Shown here: positions 34,586-43,581 of the stretch, piece after piece
Numbering within the stretch: the stretch's first letter is position 1
How the letters are laid out: every line of letters starts with the position of its first letter
Source: Collinsella sp.
GTDB lineage: Bacteria; Actinomycetota; Coriobacteriia; Coriobacteriales; Coriobacteriaceae
Direction of reading: 5' to 3'
Assembly: GCA_048486575.1 (NCBI GenBank)
Contig: DBFVZT010000090.1
Coordinates: 35,564 to 99,563, forward strand
Length of the DNA: 64,000 nt
The notes under the pieces: model-generated
Database searches by the model: none
What the model was told of the DNA's origin: nothing
Seen by the model: the letters and a program-made list of their open reading frames with translations, nothing else
Program-made: the position numbers and the translations under genes

Positions 34586-36887
34586 GTAGACCAGCTCCCT
34601 TCAGAGCATCGGTAAGTGCGGCTCGCGTGTCGTCTGCCATGGGGCACAGCGGCATACGGTAGTTTGCCTCGATCATGCCCATCTGGGCGAGCGCTTCCTT
34701 GACGGGGATGGGGTTGACCTCGCTAAAGAGGGCGTTGATGAGCGGCTGGCCGGCAATCTGGATATCGCGGGCGCGCGCTACGTCGCCGTCCAGATAAGCG
34801 CGGCACATGTCGTGTACAAGCTGCGGCTGCACGTCGGCCCACACGCTGATGGTGCCCGAAGCGCCCAGGCTCATGAGCGGCACTGTGAGTGCATCCTCGC
34901 CCGAGTACATGCGGAAATCGTCGGACAGCAGGTGGGCGATCTTGGCCGCGTAGGCGACGTTGCCCGAGGCCTCCTTGATGCCCATGATGTTGGGGTGCGC
35001 GGCTAGGCGCTCTACGTTGCGCTCGCTGATACCGCAGCCGCAGCGGCCGGGGATGTTGTACAGGATGCAGGGGATGTCAACGGCATCGGCGACGGTCTTA
35101 AAGTGCTGATAGATACCCTCTTCGTTGGACTTGTTGTAGTAGGGGGTAATGAGCAGCAGGCCGTCGGCTCCCAAGCCCTGGTAAGTAAGCGACTTGGTGA
35201 GCATGGTCTGCGTGGAGTTGGAGCCCGAGCCGGCGATGACGGGGACGCGTCCTGCAACTTGCTTGACCACCGCGGCGACAACGGAGTTGTCCTCGTCGTC
35301 GGTCATCGTGGCGCTCTCGCCGGTGGTGCCTAGGGTGAGGATGGCGTCGGTGCCGTTTTGCAGGTGGAAATCGATAAGGCGCCCAAGCGCGTCAAAGTCG
35401 ACACTGCCGTCCTTTTTAAACGGCGTAACTAGGGCGACGGTTGAGCCCTCGAGATTGCGGATGTCCATGTTCTTCCCCTTCGCCTCTGCGATCTGGATGC
35501 GTTTGTTCCATTGAGCTGCGACTGCCAAGCGCTCGTCTTTGGCGCGACGGCGTGCACTTTCGGCGCGCGACTTGGCCAGCAGCTCTCGGCCGCACGGCAG
35601 CACGTCGAGCGTGGCAAAGTAATCGCCCGGGCGCTCGGCGCGGCGGATGAGGTCGGCCGCGCCATCGGGGCGCAGCAGGACCTCGGCCGAGCGCAGCCGT
35701 CCGTTGTAGTTGTAGCCCATGGAGTAGCCATGCGCACCGGTATCGTGGATTACAAGCAGGTCACCCATGTCGATATGCGGCAGCTCGCGATCGATAGCGA
35801 ACTTGTCGTTGTTCTCGCATAGGTTGCCCGTGATGTCATAGGTGTTCGTGACGGACGCTGTGGCCTTGTCGGCGCCGCCCGGCTGACCCATTACCGTAAT
35901 GTGGTGGTAGGCGCCATACATGGCAGGGCGAATCAAATCGACGGCGCTTGCATCGACACCGATATAGTCCTTGTAGATCTGCTTCTCGTGGATGGCCTTG
36001 GTGACCAGGCAGCCGTAGGGGCCCATCATAAAGCGGCCCATCTCGGTGCAGATCGCCACATCGCCCATGCCGGCGGGAACCAGGATCTCGTCGTATGCCG
36101 CGTGTACTCCCTCGCCGATGGCGCGAATGTCGTTGGTCTGCTGCTCGGGCAGGTAGGGGATGCCGACGCCGCCGGACAGATTGATGAAGGCGACGTGTGC
36201 GCCGGTCTCGCGCTCCAGGCGTACGGCAAGCTCAAAGAGGATGCGCGCGAGCTTGGGGTAGTAGTCGTTGGTGACAGTGTTGCTGGCAAGGAATGCGTGG
36301 ATGCCAAAGTCCTCGGCGCCCTTGGCCTTGAGCATGCGGAAGGCCTCGAAGAGCTGCTCGGTGGTCATGCCATATTTGGAGTCGCCCGGGTTGTCCATGA
36401 TGCCGTTGGAGAGCTGGAACAGGCCGCCTGGATTAAAGCGGCAGCTGACCGTCTTGGGGATGGGCCCCGCAACGCGCTCAAAGAACCCGATGTGGCTGAT
36501 GTCGTCAAAGTTGACGATGGCACCCAGCTTGTCGGCGAGCTCAAAGTCGGCAGCCGGTGTGTCGTTGGACGAGAACATGATGTCGTGTCCCGTGATACCC
36601 AGTGAGCGGGCGATCATGAGCTCGGTATAGCTCGAGCAATCGCAGCCGCAGCCGTATTCGTTGAGAATGGAGATGAGCGCCGGGTTGGGGTTGGCCTTGA
36701 CGGCAAAGTATTCCTTAAAGCCCGGGTTCCATGCAAAGGCGTCGCGCACTTCTTGCATGTTGCGGCGGATGCCCGCCTCGTCGTATAGATGAAACGGCGT
36801 GGGGAACTGCTCGACGATATGCTCGAGTGTCTCCTTGTCCACAAACGGCTGCTTGGCCGCATATGCCTCGTTGGGGGTCAATGCCAT
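34578..36887 (-). CDS. lysA-dapA: Fused diaminopimelate decarboxylase (LysA) - dihydrodipicolinate synthase (DapA)
   Basis: N-part FAVKAN, HAFLAS, CENND; C-part VALVTPF, GTTGE, YNIPGR, GIKEAS; one uninterrupted 769-aa frame. Confidence 0.9.
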   Translation of the reverse strand: MALTPNEAYAAKQPFVDKETLEHIVEQFPTPFHLYDEAGIRRNMQEVRDAFAWNPGFKEYFAVKANPNPALISILNEYGCGCDCSSYTELMIARSLGITGHDIMFSSNDTPAADFELADKLGAIVNFDDISHIGFFERVAGPIPKTVSCRFNPGGLFQLSNGIMDNPGDSKYGMTTEQLFEAFRMLKAKGAEDFGIHAFLASNTVTNDYYPKLARILFELAVRLERETGAHVAFINLSGGVGIPYLPEQQTNDIRAIGEGVHAAYDEILVPAGMGDVAICTEMGRFMMGPYGCLVTKAIHEKQIYKDYIGVDASAVDLIRPAMYGAYHHITVMGQPGGADKATASVTNTYDITGNLCENNDKFAIDRELPHIDMGDLLVIHDTGAHGYSMGYNYNGRLRSAEVLLRPDGAADLIRRAERPGDYFATLDVLPCGRELLAKSRAESARRRAKDERLAVAAQWNKRIQIAEAKGKNMDIRNLEGSTVALVTPFKKDGSVDFDALGRLIDFHLQNGTDAILTLGTTGESATMTDDEDNSVVAAVVKQVAGRVPVIAGSGSNSTQTMLTKSLTYQGLGADGLLLITPYYNKSNEEGIYQHFKTVADAVDIPCILYNIPGRCGCGISERNVERLAAHPNIMGIKEASGNVAYAAKIAHLLSDDFRMYSGEDALTVPLMSLGASGTISVWADVQPQLVHDMCRAYLDGDVARARDIQIAGQPLINALFSEVNPIPVKEALAQMGMIEANYRMPLCPMADDTRAALTDALKGAGLLD

Positions 36888-36958
36888 GTCCCGTAAACCT
36901 CGCTATCCAGACGGCGCCATCTGCGCATCGAATCCGCATAGCGTGGACCCAATGTCCG

Positions 36959-37115
36959 GATAGCGCTCCCGCATTGCTGCAGACAGTCCTGTGGGTGTTT
37001 CCCACAGGCCCACCAGGTTGTTCGTGCCCGAAAAGCCCAGTTCGGCGGGTTTCGCCTCCCCACGGGGTCAAAGCCTGCCGGCTCGCCCGCGGTTCTTCGT
37101 GCCCGCGCCTCTATC
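36959..37115 (-). ncRNA. Lysine riboswitch (L-box)
   Basis: Minus strand GATAGAGGCGCG...CGCCGAA...TGGGCC...GGACTGTC...GGAGCGCTATC upstream of lysA. Confidence 0.88.
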
Positions 37116-37265
37116 AAGTGGTAACGACCCTACCACGTTGCACTTTACCAAACAAGAGTATTCGTATATAACGTTTAAAAAATGCAGGGATATGCTGGAA
37201 ACATGTGCGCCACAATCCTGTATCACAATAAGTTGCAACAGATGTGCCTCACGAAGGGATCCTCT

Positions 37266-38453
37266 ATGACCGAGCTCCAAGAACTCCGTCGCTATCGCCG
37301 CGATCTCCATCGCATTCCGGAGCTCGATTTCGATCTTCCGCAAACCATTGCCTATATCGAGGGCGTGCTGGCACCGCTCACCTGCGAAGTGACCCATCCG
37401 TGCCCCAGCTGCGTCTGTGCTTTCTTCGACGCCGGCGTTGATGCCGCGCATGCCACGGCGATTCGCGCCGATATGGATGCGCTGCCCATCGCGGAAGCGA
37501 CGGGAGCGGCCTTTGCCTCAACCCATCCCGGCAAGATGCACGCTTGCGGACATGACGGACACATGGCCATGGCGCTTGCCGCCGCGACGTATGTCGACCG
37601 TACGATTCGCGAGCATCCGGGCGCCATTAGGCGCAATGTTCTCTTTGTGTTCCAGCCGGCCGAGGAAACGACCGGTGGTGCCAAGACGGTATGCGAGAGC
37701 GGTGTGTTCGAGCGCTATGGGGCCGACCGCATTTTTGGCTTCCATGTGTGGCCCGATCTGCCCGCCGGCACGTTGGCGAGCTGCTCCGGTCCGTTGCTGG
37801 CGCGTTCGAGTGAGACACACATTCATATTCACGGGACGAGCATCCATATTGCTAAGACCTATGGCGTTCCGGTCGAGGAGTCGCACGATGCGGCGCTGGC
37901 GGCTGCCAAGTTCTTGGTTGCCGAGCGCGAACTGATGGATGAGCTGGGTGCCGATGAGCCCTGCATTGGCAAGTTCGGCCTGCTGCAGGCAGGCACCGTC
38001 TGCAATGCGGTGGCGGGGGAGGCCCATGTTGCCGGCAGCCTGCGTGTGTTTACAGACGACATGTTCGACCGGGCACGCGAGGGCGTGCGCCGCGTGCTGG
38101 ACGATGCCTGCGCTGCAACGGGCTGCACGTACGATCTCGACTTTGCCGAGGGCTATCCGCCGGTCGACAACGACCCCGAGCTATTTGCCAGCGTCGCGCC
38201 TGCCTTGCCCGGGCTGCAGCTTATGGAGGAGCCGCTGTTAATTGCCGAGGATTTCGCGTTCTATCAGCGCCATTTGCCGGGCGTGTTTTTCCTGCTGGGC
38301 ACGGGTATGCCAGAGGGCCAAGACAACCCGAGTGATTCGGATGGCTGCCCCGCCTATGCCACAAGCGCTCTGCATACCGATAGCATGCTCTTCGACGAGG
38401 AAATCCTACTCACAGGCCTCGATGTCTATAAACGATTGCTTGTGATGGAGTGA
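37266..38453 (+). CDS. dapL: M20D amidohydrolase, likely N-acetyl-diaminopimelate deacetylase
   Basis: RRDLHRIPEL, RADMDALP, MHACGHDGH, FQPAEE, EDF; divergent from the dap operon. Confidence 0.72.
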   Translation: MTELQELRRYRRDLHRIPELDFDLPQTIAYIEGVLAPLTCEVTHPCPSCVCAFFDAGVDAAHATAIRADMDALPIAEATGAAFASTHPGKMHACGHDGHMAMALAAATYVDRTIREHPGAIRRNVLFVFQPAEETTGGAKTVCESGVFERYGADRIFGFHVWPDLPAGTLASCSGPLLARSSETHIHIHGTSIHIAKTYGVPVEESHDAALAAAKFLVAERELMDELGADEPCIGKFGLLQAGTVCNAVAGEAHVAGSLRVFTDDMFDRAREGVRRVLDDACAATGCTYDLDFAEGYPPVDNDPELFASVAPALPGLQLMEEPLLIAEDFAFYQRHLPGVFFLLGTGMPEGQDNPSDSDGCPAYATSALHTDSMLFDEEILLTGLDVYKRLLVME

Positions 38454-38779
38454 CGATGGAACGACGCCGACAGTCTGCCGTATATAGTCCGGGTGGATGC
38501 GGGTGCGGTTTGCTGCTGCTTCCGGTTATTGCTGTGAGCATTGGCGTGATGTTTGCGCTTGCCGGGCTTGCCGCGGCAGCACTTGTGCTGTTTATCACTG
38601 CCATCGGCGTGACGATTTGGCTTTATCGCAGTCGTGAACAGCGCCGCGCCGACGGTAAGACCAATGTAGGATGGATTGCCTTTTTGGTCATCGCCTACCT
38701 GCTGAGCATCAGCTATTTGGCCTTCTTTATCCTGTTGATGATCAGTGCCTTTACCGGGGAATCCGTCACGGTGGGTTGA
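38450..38779 (+). CDS. Small membrane protein
   Basis: Hydrophobic segments; start overlaps the upstream stop. Confidence 0.6.
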   Translation: MTMERRRQSAVYSPGGCGCGLLLLPVIAVSIGVMFALAGLAAAALVLFITAIGVTIWLYRSREQRRADGKTNVGWIAFLVIAYLLSISYLAFFILLMISAFTGESVTVG

Positions 38780-38942
38780 TCGCTGCCGGCAGACGGTCGC
38801 GCGCAGTGCGTTTGCTCGGCGTTTGGATAACTGCATTGGTCGTTTACCGCAGCCTTAGCTCTCAGCTAATGAATTCAAGTTCAATCCTTCCTACGATGTG
38901 CTGTGTACCGGCACGGTAGCCGGATCGTAGGAAGGATGAATA

Positions 38943-39386
38943 ATGGCAAAAGAGGGAAAGAAGCCAATCGGTAAGATTGTCCTAGGCATCATCGTGGTGC
39001 TGGTTATTGTCGGTGCCGTGGGCTCTATGGGCGGCAACTCAACCGATTCGTCTGCGAGCGATTCGGCAAAACCTGCCGAGACGACACGGCAGGCTGAGGA
39101 GCAAAAAGAACCGCAAGAACCGTATACCATTGCTGACGAGGCTGAAGACACTTCCAATCAGTTTACCTATAAGATCACGGGCACCCTGACCAATAACACG
39201 GACAAGGAAAAGAGCTACATTCAGATTGAATATGTTCTGTATGATGCCGATGGCAACCAGGTTGGAACGGCTCTTGCAAACACCAATCATCTAAAGGCGG
39301 GCGGCTCCTGGAAGTTCGAGGCGCTGGGTACGGTGTCTCCCGACCAGGTTGCTAGCTGGGAGCGTTCGGACGTAAGCGGTTTCTAG
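38943..39386 (+). CDS. FxLYD-domain surface protein
   Basis: N-terminal TM; ITGTLTNNT..YVLYDADGNQVG..L..G.SWKF. Confidence 0.82.
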   Translation: MAKEGKKPIGKIVLGIIVVLVIVGAVGSMGGNSTDSSASDSAKPAETTRQAEEQKEPQEPYTIADEAEDTSNQFTYKITGTLTNNTDKEKSYIQIEYVLYDADGNQVGTALANTNHLKAGGSWKFEALGTVSPDQVASWERSDVSGF

Positions 39387-39418
39387 CATGTTGCATGCAC
39401 TGGGGGAGGTGAAGTCGT

Positions 39419-39841
39419 ATGTCCGATAAAAAGCTGACCGAGGAGTTGCTCAATGAGCTTCTCGATGCACCGAACATCGATGGCTATATCAGGGAGCACG
39501 ACTTTGCCGCCCCGTCGCTTTCGGACTACCTGAAGCAGCTACTGCAGGAAAAGGGCTTGGAGCGCTCGCGCGTGGTCCGTATGGCTGATCTCAATGAGAC
39601 CTTTGGCTATCAGATCTTTACCGGTGCGCGTCATCCGAGTCGCAATAAGGTGCTGCAGATTGCCTTTGCGATGGCGCTGACGCTCAAAGAGACCAACCGT
39701 GCGCTGACGGCTGCCGGGGTAAGCGTCCTTAACTGCAAGGACCGCCGCGATGCGATTATCATCTTTTGCATCGATCGCGGGTGCAGTCTCCAAAAGGTCA
39801 ACGAGGAACTGTATCGCTTTGGCGAGGAGACGGTGAGTTAG
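39419..39841 (+). CDS. XRE-family HTH protein
   Basis: YQIFTG.R.PSRNKVLQIAFAM.L...ETN..L, RDAII; GGGGAGG RBS. Confidence 0.8.
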   Translation: MSDKKLTEELLNELLDAPNIDGYIREHDFAAPSLSDYLKQLLQEKGLERSRVVRMADLNETFGYQIFTGARHPSRNKVLQIAFAMALTLKETNRALTAAGVSVLNCKDRRDAIIIFCIDRGCSLQKVNEELYRFGEETVS

Positions 39842-39927
39842 CGGCTGATATCTGAGCCGGTAGAGCTGTCGAACAACGATGCAAACGAACGGGGCGCGGA
39901 TGCCATGGGGTGTCTGCGCCCTGCGCT

Positions 39928-41319
39928 ATGATGGAGGCTATGGATACTCAGAGCCCAACATATTCCGATGACGAGCTGACCGCAGCGCTTGCCGAGCACC
40001 TGGCGTCGCTCGATCGCGACGACAGCTATCGCGTGGAGCGTGTACTTAAGCGCTCGTCCGTCGAAGCAACCGAGCTCGTGTACTTTGAAGGAACCGGCGG
40101 TGGTTCGCTCGGCCCCTTTGTCCGTAAACGCATCGATGCTTCGGCTCAAATCGGCGGGGCATACGAGCGTCTGTTTGCCGCTCAGCGGGCAGGCAGGCGT
40201 TTTGAGCACCTGCCCAGAATCGTCGATTGTCGTCGTGTGGGCGACGAGCTCAACGTGGTTATGGAATACATCGAAGGGGAGACGCTCGGGGCGCTGGTGG
40301 ACCGTCTGGGAGCCACCCCCGATTATGCGCGTGAATTGTATCCTGCCCTATGCGATGCCGTGGGCGAGCTCCACGCCGGTTTTGCAATAGCGGGGGAGAC
40401 GTCGGCGCCGGTGATCCATCGCGACCTCAAGCCGTCGAATATCATCGTGACAGGTGCCAACTATACGCCTGATGACGGCCTGACATTTTCATCGCTGGTG
40501 ATTATCGACTTGGGGATCGCGCGCGTATGGCGCGATGGCGCCGATGCCGACACCGTCAAGTTTGGCACGCGACCCTATGCGCCGCCCGAGCAGTATGGGT
40601 TTGGGCAGACGAGTGTGCGCAGCGACGTGTACGCGCTGGGCGCCCTGTTGTTCTTCTGCTTGACGGGAGTCGACCCTAAACCAGGGCTCGACATGCGCGA
40701 GCAATGCGAGATGCGCGGCGTTCCCGCTCCACTGGCCGATGTCATTTGCATGGCGATGGCGCTCGACCCGGCCAAGCGTTTTGCGAGCGCGGGGGTGTTG
40801 GGACGGGCGACGCGCGCGGCATATGACCTGAGTTGCCCTGTGCGGCCTCCTGCGCCTGCGCCTCTCTGCACCCCGGCTTCAGAGACGGTATTAACGCCCC
40901 AAGAGCCTCAGAGTTCCACGGGCCTCCCTAAACCTGCCGCCTCCGCCGCACTCGGCCTGCTCTCTCGCATTCCGGAACCTCTGGGGCGCATTTGGAATAC
41001 GCTTGTCTGCCTCTCGTTGCTTGTATTCTTTGCCGGAAGCCACTTTGCCGTCTTTCACCCCACGGGAGCAAACCAAAGCTACCCGACGTGGCTTCTTATA
41101 ATCGAGTACTTTTTCTTTGTCGATGGCCTTATGGTGCTTATGCATTTTGCGCTGCTCGACAAGCGTCGTCTTCGTCGGCGATTCACGTTGCTCGACAGCT
41201 ATCGCGGCAAGAAACTAGCGAAGCTCTGGCTCAAAGCATTGGGTGTGCTGCTTCTATGCATGATCGTCATAGTTGCGGTTGCCAATGCGACCGGTGTTGT
41301 TGACACCTCTACTGCCTAA
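39928..41319 (+). CDS. Hanks-type Ser/Thr protein kinase with C-terminal TM helices
   Basis: VMEYIEG, IHRDLKPSNI, IDLGIAR, GT..YAPPEQ, SDVYALG; start uncertain (39910/39928/39940). Confidence 0.9.
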   Translation: MMEAMDTQSPTYSDDELTAALAEHLASLDRDDSYRVERVLKRSSVEATELVYFEGTGGGSLGPFVRKRIDASAQIGGAYERLFAAQRAGRRFEHLPRIVDCRRVGDELNVVMEYIEGETLGALVDRLGATPDYARELYPALCDAVGELHAGFAIAGETSAPVIHRDLKPSNIIVTGANYTPDDGLTFSSLVIIDLGIARVWRDGADADTVKFGTRPYAPPEQYGFGQTSVRSDVYALGALLFFCLTGVDPKPGLDMREQCEMRGVPAPLADVICMAMALDPAKRFASAGVLGRATRAAYDLSCPVRPPAPAPLCTPASETVLTPQEPQSSTGLPKPAASAALGLLSRIPEPLGRIWNTLVCLSLLVFFAGSHFAVFHPTGANQSYPTWLLIIEYFFFVDGLMVLMHFALLDKRRLRRRFTLLDSYRGKKLAKLWLKALGVLLLCMIVIVAVANATGVVDTSTA

Positions 41320-41355
41320 AAGAAAAGGGCCCGTCGGGGCCCTTTACAATTGCGC

Positions 41356-42504
41356 TTAGATGCGGTTCATTTGAGCGGCGACCTTGTTGTACCAGTCCTG
41401 CCACGTGGGCGGGCAGTACTTTTTGGCCGCTGCTGGGGTAAGGGTGGAGCCGTAGTTCGCACCCAGGTAGGCAACATGAGCGGAGATGCCCTCACTCCAG
41501 CTGCCAAAGCTGCGCCAACCGCCGCCACGGGCACTCCAGCCCCAGGCGTTGTAAGAATTGGCGCAATAAGCGCCCTTGGTGCTCTCGATGCAGGCGATGG
41601 CGGGGGACCAACGGGGGTCGACACCGGTATTCCAAGCGGCGACGGCAAAGTTGTAGCCCTGGCCTGCCATGGGGGAGCCGGCAAGATAATTATCGATGCG
41701 GCTCGTCCATTCATTAATGAACGAATCGTAATCGGAGTTACCGGTATTGGCGTTGTTCACCGTGGTATCGATGGTGGTGTTGGTGTTGTTGGCCTGGCTG
41801 CTGGAATTGCTGCCGCTTACGCCCTCGCCCGAGAGCTTCTCGGCGGCAGCGGCCTTATCGGCCTCAAGTTTGGCGAGCTCGGCAGCATTTTCCTGCTCGG
41901 CTTTTGCCTGCGCCTCGCTGCGGAGTTGCTGGGCCTGCGCCAGCGCATCCTCGGCGTTTTTCTGCTCTGCCTCAAGCTGGGACTTGGCCTGCTGGAGCTC
42001 GGCCTTGTTCTGCTCGAGTTCGGTTTGCATGTTGTTGAGCTCTTCAATCTCGTCGACGCTCGAGCTCGTGATCTGGTTGGTGTATTTGCAGGTGGTGATG
42101 AACTCACCCAGGCTCTGCGCGTTGACCAGGAAGCTCACGATGGGATTGGTGCCCTTCTGGTACTTGTACAGATCGCGCATGGCGGAGCTTGCCTTGGCCT
42201 GCTGCTCGGGAAGCTTGGCCTCGATTTCCTCGATGCTCGCCTCGTTGGAGTCGATCTGCTTTTGCAGGTCGTCGAGTTTGGTGCGGGCATTGTTGTAGGC
42301 GCTCGTGGCGGCTTCAATTTTTTGCTGCGCGGCGGAAAGCTGATCCTGCGTTGCCTGCGAGGCGGCATACGCCGCAACGGGGGAGAGCATCGGCGTGGCA
42401 GTCAGTGCGACAGCGAGTGCGGCGCTCGTGATGATACGAGCCGGCTTCGACGCGATGAGCGCTGCGACGCGATGATTCGAATGCTGCATCCAGTCCCTCT
42501 GCAA
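41356..42504 (-). CDS. Secreted PcsB-like coiled-coil protein with C-terminal lysozyme-like domain (probable peptidoglycan hydrolase)
   Basis: Signal peptide, heptad repeats, GVDPRWSPAIACIEST..NAWGW..KKYCPP. Confidence 0.75.
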   Translation of the reverse strand: MQRDWMQHSNHRVAALIASKPARIITSAALAVALTATPMLSPVAAYAASQATQDQLSAAQQKIEAATSAYNNARTKLDDLQKQIDSNEASIEEIEAKLPEQQAKASSAMRDLYKYQKGTNPIVSFLVNAQSLGEFITTCKYTNQITSSSVDEIEELNNMQTELEQNKAELQQAKSQLEAEQKNAEDALAQAQQLRSEAQAKAEQENAAELAKLEADKAAAAEKLSGEGVSGSNSSSQANNTNTTIDTTVNNANTGNSDYDSFINEWTSRIDNYLAGSPMAGQGYNFAVAAWNTGVDPRWSPAIACIESTKGAYCANSYNAWGWSARGGGWRSFGSWSEGISAHVAYLGANYGSTLTPAAAKKYCPPTWQDWYNKVAAQMNRI

Positions 42505-42723
42505 TCAATCGTAGGTTATGGTTCGAACGGTATTCTACTACTGCTTTCGACCTCAACTTGAACCTTAAAGGTTCCAAAGGGTCAAGTTGAACTTGAGGCT
42601 TTGGCTTTGACCTGCAGTTATAGTGAATTGTTGAGAAACCATAGAGTTCAACTTTAACGTTACGGAACTCTGTCTGATCGCAGATTCACGCCGTAAGGGC
42701 TACTCCAACATGGGGTTTTGCAC

Positions 42724-43356
42724 CTATAGGGCTCCCTCGCGGCGAGCCTGCTCAACTTCTTCGAGCGCCTCGGCTGGGGTGAAGGAACACGTGCCGTCGC
42801 CGAGCTTGACTGTTTGGATATCGTCTCCGACATGCACCTCTCCGCCTCGAAGCACCACACCGAAAATGCCCTCGTGGGGAAAGATACAGTCACCGGCGAG
42901 ATAGTAGATGGCACAGCGGGTGTGGCAGACCTTGCCGATCTGGCTGATCTCGACCAGAACGTCGTTGCCGATCTTGAGCTGTGTGCCCAAGGGGAGCGAA
43001 AGCAAGTTGATACCTTGTGTGGTGAAATTCTCCCCAAAGTCGCCTTCGTGCACATCGAGTCCGCGATGCCGTGCCGTCTGGATTGATTCTGCGGCCAAAA
43101 ACGAGACTTGGCGGTGCCAGTGCCCGGCGTGCGCATCGGAAGCGAGGCCAAACTGTTCAATGACGGTATCGTGCCCATCGGAGACGGGCGACTTGCGTGT
43201 GCCTTTGTGCGCCGACGTGTTAATCGAGACGATGCGGGCGGGTCCTTCGTAGGCGTTGCTGGTGGTGCGTAGGGGAGCGGTCGTCTGAGAACGTTCCGCT
43301 AGCTCGCGTTTTGCAGCATCAAGGATGGGGTTGTCGGTCAGATGTTCTTGGGGCAC
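42724..43356 (-). CDS. MOSC domain protein
   Basis: DAHAGHWHRQVS, GDFGENFTT, QIGKVCH, GIF. Confidence 0.88.
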   Translation of the reverse strand: MPQEHLTDNPILDAAKRELAERSQTTAPLRTTSNAYEGPARIVSINTSAHKGTRKSPVSDGHDTVIEQFGLASDAHAGHWHRQVSFLAAESIQTARHRGLDVHEGDFGENFTTQGINLLSLPLGTQLKIGNDVLVEISQIGKVCHTRCAIYYLAGDCIFPHEGIFGVVLRGGEVHVGDDIQTVKLGDGTCSFTPAEALEEVEQARREGAL

Positions 43357-43581
43357 GCGTGCGCCTTTCGCTTATAAGATTGACAATATGTTGAATCCTA
43401 CAACAACGGTAGGTTCATTGCCCGTTGTCGTACAGCGGTGAGCGCTGTCTTTGCGCCGAGTTTGATCCTCCGATTGCCATAGATACGGTGGAACTTTGGG
43501 TGCTGGCGGTTTGGCACGCTAGAATGAATCGGTTGCACTAAGACCGCCCGTTGTGCGGGCAGTTCATGATAGGAAGTTTCC

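Noticed and set aside
43357..43580. Moco riboswitch upstream of the MOSC gene
   Set aside because: No recognisable conserved aptamer elements.
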